DNA of 64,000 nucleotides from the NCBI GenBank assembly GCA_019058315.1, contig JAHPZH010000001.1, positions 1,420,685-1,484,684 of the forward strand, given 5' to 3'. Positions within the stretch are counted from its first letter, which is position 1. Each line of letters starts with the position of its first letter. Below, piece by piece: positions 59,647 through 64,000 of this stretch. The DNA comes from Candidatus Helarchaeota archaeon (GTDB lineage Archaea > Asgardarchaeota > Lokiarchaeia > Helarchaeales > RDOG01). The notes under the pieces were generated by a model. It saw only the letters and a list, made by a program, of their open reading frames with translations. It was not told the origin of the DNA and made no database searches. The translations under genes were made by a program, and so were the position numbers.

Positions 59647-60861
59647 ATGAACGAAGAAACAGAATATAGAAAAAATTGGGGATTATCTAAAGAAGATATT
59701 GAATTTCGAAATGAAGCTAAAAGATTTGTATCAGACCAAATTTCACCTGTTGCTGATAAAATTGAAGAAAATGACGATTTTGAGCTCATACGTGAAATTT
59801 ATAAAAAAATGGGAAAAAACAATCTTTTATCACTTCCTTTTAAGAGATATTATAAAGGTTGGCTGAAGGACCCGGGAGTCATTAATTCAACATTATTGGC
59901 TGAAGAGGTTTGTAGAGTATCTGCTGCTCCAGGCATAGCTTTTGGGGCTTCGATGTTTATTGGAAAAGCGCTATATACTGGTGGCTCTGATTACATCCTC
60001 GAAAATTTTTTAAAACCAATTACTACTGGAGAAAAATTAGGTTCTATTTGTATTACTGAACCAACAGTTGGTTCAGATGTAGCGAATATGAAAACTCATG
60101 CCAAATTAGTAGGTAATGAATGGGTCATTAATGGAAAAAAAAGGTTTATTACGAATGCTGGAGAGTCAGAATTAAATCTTATATACTGTGTAACGGATTC
60201 GAATTTAATTGCAAAAAGAAAACATATGTCAGCAATTGTTGTTGAAAATTCTGCACCGGGTTTTTCTACAAAACAATATAAATATATGGGTAGAAGAGGA
60301 TTTCGGAATGGTGAAATAATTTTAGATAATGTGAGAGTTCCAAAGGAAAATTTAGTTGGGAATCAAGGAGATGGTCATAAAATCTTAATGACTCAATTTA
60401 ATACCGAGAGAACCACAATTGCTGGGCAATGTATTGGAATTGCCACTGGTGCATTCGAAGAAGCAAAGGATTTTGCAAAAAAAAGAGAGCAATTTGGCTC
60501 TATTATTGCAAAAAAACAGGGAATTTATTTTAAAATTGCAGAAATGGCAACAAAACTGGATGCGGCTAGATTACTTTGTTATAGAGTCGCTAAAATGATT
60601 GATGAAAAATTACCACCTAGATCACTCATGCGGGAAGCAGCAATGGCCAAGATGTATGCAAGTGAGACAGGAAAGGAAATCGTGGATTCTTCGCTTCAGA
60701 TTCTCGGAGGTGAGGGTTGGACCAAATTTGGCCATGGCACAAATTATCATGTCGAACGATACTATAGGGATATTAGAATACACACTATAGGCGGAGGCAC
60801 GACCACAATGCAAAAATACATCATCGCCTCAAAAGAGCTGGAAATGCAATTAGATTTATAA
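59647..60861 (+). CDS. Acyl-CoA dehydrogenase
   Basis: ITEPTVGSD, NGKKRFITN, REQFG, QILGGEG, RD.RI..IGGGT. Confidence 0.95.
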   Translation: MNEETEYRKNWGLSKEDIEFRNEAKRFVSDQISPVADKIEENDDFELIREIYKKMGKNNLLSLPFKRYYKGWLKDPGVINSTLLAEEVCRVSAAPGIAFGASMFIGKALYTGGSDYILENFLKPITTGEKLGSICITEPTVGSDVANMKTHAKLVGNEWVINGKKRFITNAGESELNLIYCVTDSNLIAKRKHMSAIVVENSAPGFSTKQYKYMGRRGFRNGEIILDNVRVPKENLVGNQGDGHKILMTQFNTERTTIAGQCIGIATGAFEEAKDFAKKREQFGSIIAKKQGIYFKIAEMATKLDAARLLCYRVAKMIDEKLPPRSLMREAAMAKMYASETGKEIVDSSLQILGGEGWTKFGHGTNYHVERYYRDIRIHTIGGGTTTMQKYIIASKELEMQLDL

Positions 60862-63800
60862 TGATGAGAAAGAATAAAAAACTTTTCTAGAATCTTCTTT
60901 TTCTGACTCTTTTTTCACCTTTTTGACAGTTCCCTCTCTTTCAAGCTGATTTAGTACTCCACTTATAGTGGTTCGTGCAAAACCTGTTTCCTTAACTAAA
61001 TCGGTTGCAGTAAATTTTTCCCCCTCTTTACTTTTTAAGAAATCTAATAAAGTTTCTTTTGCATTTTTATATTTTGACAATTCTATTTGTAAATCTTTAT
61101 GATAATATTTATAGCCAGTACCCCCTGGCATTTTTTCTTCAATATTTTTTACAATTCCATGATTAATAAGATTCTTAATGTGATTATAAAATGAAGTTTG
61201 GCTTATTTTAGCTCTTTCCACTATTTCTTTACTAGTTAAAGCCTTGTCTTTAATTTTTAATAAATTAACTATCGCTTGCTCAGATTTATTAAGTTTCAAA
61301 ACAGTCTTTGTATCTATTATTTTTTTAGTTAGTGAGTTAACTAATTTTTCTTTATTTAATTCTATATCCTTTTTTAATTGTTTTATTCTCGTTTCTAATG
61401 GTGTATTAAGGTTTAGAAATCCCATGGTTTCGGAATCAGCATTTTTTATGTTAAAAATTTCTTTTGTTACTTTTTCAATGGCTAAAAGTCTTTTTTCTGA
61501 TTCATTCAATTTAAGATTCTCATTATCCATAACATTTTCATAAACCTTAAGCGCATTTTTAAATACACTCCTAATTTCATTTATATCATTCCCTAAATTT
61601 TCATATTGTAATTTTCCCGCTTTTTTCAACTCCCTAGCAAGGATACTTATATCCAATACACTTTTTTTATCAAATCCACCAAAAATTGCCGATTCTCTAA
61701 TTTTCACACCTTTGCTGAAACCTATATCATTTCGGAATTTTTCAATATCACCTAGATTCTCAATAGAAATATTTTTAGGGACGTTATACGAATAAAAAAT
61801 ACTTGGATTGCAATTTAGTTCATTTAATATATTATGAATTCCTTCTAGCATAGTTGGATGTCTTGCTGCAAAACTTATTCTTATTGGTAAAGCATAACCC
61901 CTTAATTTCCAATCATTTTTAGGATACCCAGTAATATTTCCTTCAGTATCTCCAACAATACGCAAAATATGTTCTTTCAAATCTTTATCCATTTTCATTG
62001 GAAAATTAACTGGTGGAAAAATTCCATTTTTAGTAAATATAACTGTTTCACCTCCGATTTTATGTTCCTTAATCACTTTACCCGAGATTATTTCAGCGTT
62101 AGACCATTTTTTTCTTATTTCATCCATATACTTATCTTTATAACCACTTAATATTTCTTTATTTGTAAAGGGCTTTGTTCTATATGATGGTGAAATATCC
62201 GTTAATAAATCTAACAACTTTTTGCTCCTTATCGAGACTTCTTTTATTTCAGGATCTTTATTTTTAGATTTAATTGAAAAATTAGCATCAGGAATAAAAT
62301 CCCGGACGAGATTCATAAATTTCTCATTTAGGATTGGAGTTTTGCTGGTAAAAGATATCCTGCCTTTAAATAAATTTATATAACCATCAGTTAAAAGATA
62401 GACCGATAATAAATTTAATTTATTTTTTAAATTGGGATTATTTTTAATGTATTCTTTATTGATAGAATAAGGCTGTGTCTTTTTTTTAGTAAATGAAAAT
62501 TTATTAAATAATTTATTTCTTTGTTCAATGTCTGGAATTAATTGTTTTACTGCCTCATGATACCACACGAATTTTATATAATTTTTATTTAAATCTGATA
62601 GACGAGATTTTAATGATCTAGCATTAATTTCAATATTTTCCCCATTGAAATAATTTTTTGGAAGATTTCTGGGAATAATTTTTTCATAAGAATTTGCTAG
62701 GAAAGTAATATTTCTTAAAGTATTTTCTTTTTTCCAAATCGGATCTTGGAAGATTTCAGTCAATTCTTTTTTACATTTATTTAACAACTTATCAGCTTGT
62801 TGCTGAGTGAGATCAAGATCCTGTTTTAGTTCATTTACAATGTTTTTAGATGCTTCATTAATACATTGTAGATTCATTTTTTCATTTTGGAAGTTTTCAA
62901 CTAATTTTTTTGGATCTATTTCTTTTAAAAACACTTTGCCCTCGGGACTCTCAAAGAAATATTTTGTTAATATTTCTGGCTCTAAAGTGTTTTTAAATTC
63001 TTTTATGGGTTCTAAAGATTCCTTATTATCACTCATTATGGGTTTTTCAATAGATTCTTTTAATGAATTTATTTTATCAGTAGGACTTCTTAATTCTTTA
63101 TCTGTAGATTGTTCATTTGGAATTCTTGGAGTCTTAATATTCTCGTCTTTACTTTGCTTTAAATTTTCCCCTCCTTTATTGGTGCTTAGATCAGACCTCC
63201 TTGAATCTGATATTTCCTTTTGTAGTCGCTCATTTAACTTCTCTACATCATTTTGTAATTCTTTAACCTTGTCAATTGTCTTATTATATTCCTTTAATGT
63301 CGTACTTTGAATATCTTCTTTAAATTCATTGAATCGCTTTTCATTTTGAAAAAATTTATTTAAATGGTCCAATTTCTCATTTGGAACCGTATTAGTAGTT
63401 TTTAAATCTTCTATTCTTCCTTGAAGTCGTTCGTTTAATTTTTCAAGTCGATTTTCCAATCGATTAGCTACATCAACCATTTTATTAAACGATTCAATAT
63501 CTTTATTATCGAAGTAATGATTTCTAAATTCTACATCTCTAAATCTGTCTATGATATCATTTAATTTGTTTATTTTTTCTTTTAGTATCCAATCGCTTTC
63601 ATTTTCAAGCCTTTCGTGTTGAATTTGTTCTTCTAGACGTTCTATTTTGCCGTTTTTTAACCATTCGTCTAATTCTTTTACTGTATCTTCAAGGGGCTTT
63701 TCAATTGTTTCTTGCTTAAAATCTTTAACAAAATCCTTTTCTTTACTATTGGATACACTCAACTCATTTTTATTTTCACTGATTTTTTCATGATTTAGGT

Positions 63801-64000
63801 GTTGAATCTCCTTGTCTAATTTTTGATTTAAAGTATCTAATACATCTAAGTCTTTAGACTCTTTATTTTGATTTAATTGTTCTATTTGTTTATCCAAATC
63901 TTTATTCAAATTGTCTAACTCACTTAATTTCTCAGGTTTATTCTCTTGATTTAATTGTTCTATTTGTTTATCCAAATCTTTATTCAAATTGTCTAACTCA
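60856..64000 (-). CDS. Very large protein (N-terminus beyond the window): charged repeats/coiled coil + double LAGLIDADG domain + two winged-helix domains
   Basis: Frame is open to the window edge; LLSVYLLTDGY and LRIVGDTEGN motifs; HTHs LTSKEIVERAKISQTSFYNHIKNL and FTATDLVKETGFARTTISGVLNQL. Confidence 0.8.
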   Translation of the reverse strand, partial: ELDNLNKDLDKQIEQLNQENKPEKLSELDNLNKDLDKQIEQLNQNKESKDLDVLDTLNQKLDKEIQHLNHEKISENKNELSVSNSKEKDFVKDFKQETIEKPLEDTVKELDEWLKNGKIERLEEQIQHERLENESDWILKEKINKLNDIIDRFRDVEFRNHYFDNKDIESFNKMVDVANRLENRLEKLNERLQGRIEDLKTTNTVPNEKLDHLNKFFQNEKRFNEFKEDIQSTTLKEYNKTIDKVKELQNDVEKLNERLQKEISDSRRSDLSTNKGGENLKQSKDENIKTPRIPNEQSTDKELRSPTDKINSLKESIEKPIMSDNKESLEPIKEFKNTLEPEILTKYFFESPEGKVFLKEIDPKKLVENFQNEKMNLQCINEASKNIVNELKQDLDLTQQQADKLLNKCKKELTEIFQDPIWKKENTLRNITFLANSYEKIIPRNLPKNYFNGENIEINARSLKSRLSDLNKNYIKFVWYHEAVKQLIPDIEQRNKLFNKFSFTKKKTQPYSINKEYIKNNPNLKNKLNLLSVYLLTDGYINLFKGRISFTSKTPILNEKFMNLVRDFIPDANFSIKSKNKDPEIKEVSIRSKKLLDLLTDISPSYRTKPFTNKEILSGYKDKYMDEIRKKWSNAEIISGKVIKEHKIGGETVIFTKNGIFPPVNFPMKMDKDLKEHILRIVGDTEGNITGYPKNDWKLRGYALPIRISFAARHPTMLEGIHNILNELNCNPSIFYSYNVPKNISIENLGDIEKFRNDIGFSKGVKIRESAIFGGFDKKSVLDISILARELKKAGKLQYENLGNDINEIRSVFKNALKVYENVMDNENLKLNESEKRLLAIEKVTKEIFNIKNADSETMGFLNLNTPLETRIKQLKKDIELNKEKLVNSLTKKIIDTKTVLKLNKSEQAIVNLLKIKDKALTSKEIVERAKISQTSFYNHIKNLINHGIVKNIEEKMPGGTGYKYYHKDLQIELSKYKNAKETLLDFLKSKEGEKFTATDLVKETGFARTTISGVLNQLEREGTVKKVKKESEKEDSRKVFYSFSSL
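63868..64000. repeat. 78-bp (26-aa) in-frame tandem repeat, running off the window end
   Basis: TTGATTTAATTGTTCTATTTGTTTATCCAAATCTTTATTCAAATTGTCTAACTCA occurs at 63868 and again at 63946; a degenerate unit lies at ~63790-63867. Confidence 0.9.

Noticed and set aside
1314-63310. Many short ORFs overlapping longer genes (e.g. 1314-1610, 5187-5498, 24864-25265, 37806-38165, 49730-50089, 53892-54290, 62807-63310)
   Set aside because: Antisense or alternate-frame shadows of well-supported genes, with the Ser/Phe/Ile-rich composition typical of reverse-strand translation.
60856-64000. Intein
   Set aside because: No Hint block motifs or terminal HN-(C/S/T) seen around the LAGLIDADG domain, and no conserved host protein.
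1-64000. tRNA, rRNA, CRISPR arrays, IS elements
   Set aside because: No GC-rich structured RNA segments, regularly spaced repeat-spacer arrays, or transposase/integrase ORFs were seen by eye.

Overview
AT-rich (roughly 30% GC by eye), gene-dense chromosomal segment, most likely from an Asgard archaeon (Lokiarchaeia/Helarchaeales-like). This is inferred from longin-like proteins, a longin+UEV-like fusion, a PCI/adaptin-appendage-like membrane protein, a multi-PAS kinase, SepCysS, DUF2099, GGTGA-type Shine-Dalgarno sites and frequent TTG/GTG starts. No rRNA, tRNA, CRISPR array or transposase was seen. The left part holds an ABC exporter and a cluster of sulfide/Fe-S-type sulfur-transfer genes (thi4, thiI-like, larE, DUF2099, pscS). 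The middle holds a 9-PAS+GAF kinase lacking its phospho-acceptor His, a PadR/Hsp20 module with a three-copy palindromic operator, and many lipid-handling genes (acyl-CoA ligase with an SCP2-like insertion, three B12/radical-SAM enzymes including a TsrM-like one, GT4, ArsA/GET3, SCP2). The right part holds a bacterial-type LeuRS with an archaeal-type tail, AOR+aldolase, an acyl-CoA dehydrogenase and a truncated giant repeat/LAGLIDADG/wHTH protein. The strongest candidate for an undescribed system is a family of ~390-430 aa proteins I cannot assign, present in three dispersed, divergent copies (38934, 44885, 58184) with invariant enzyme-like motifs (RxDLQQG, HxExGxPVDW, RRHxKLG, RNERTPQW). All family assignments come from reading motifs by eye; no searches were run.
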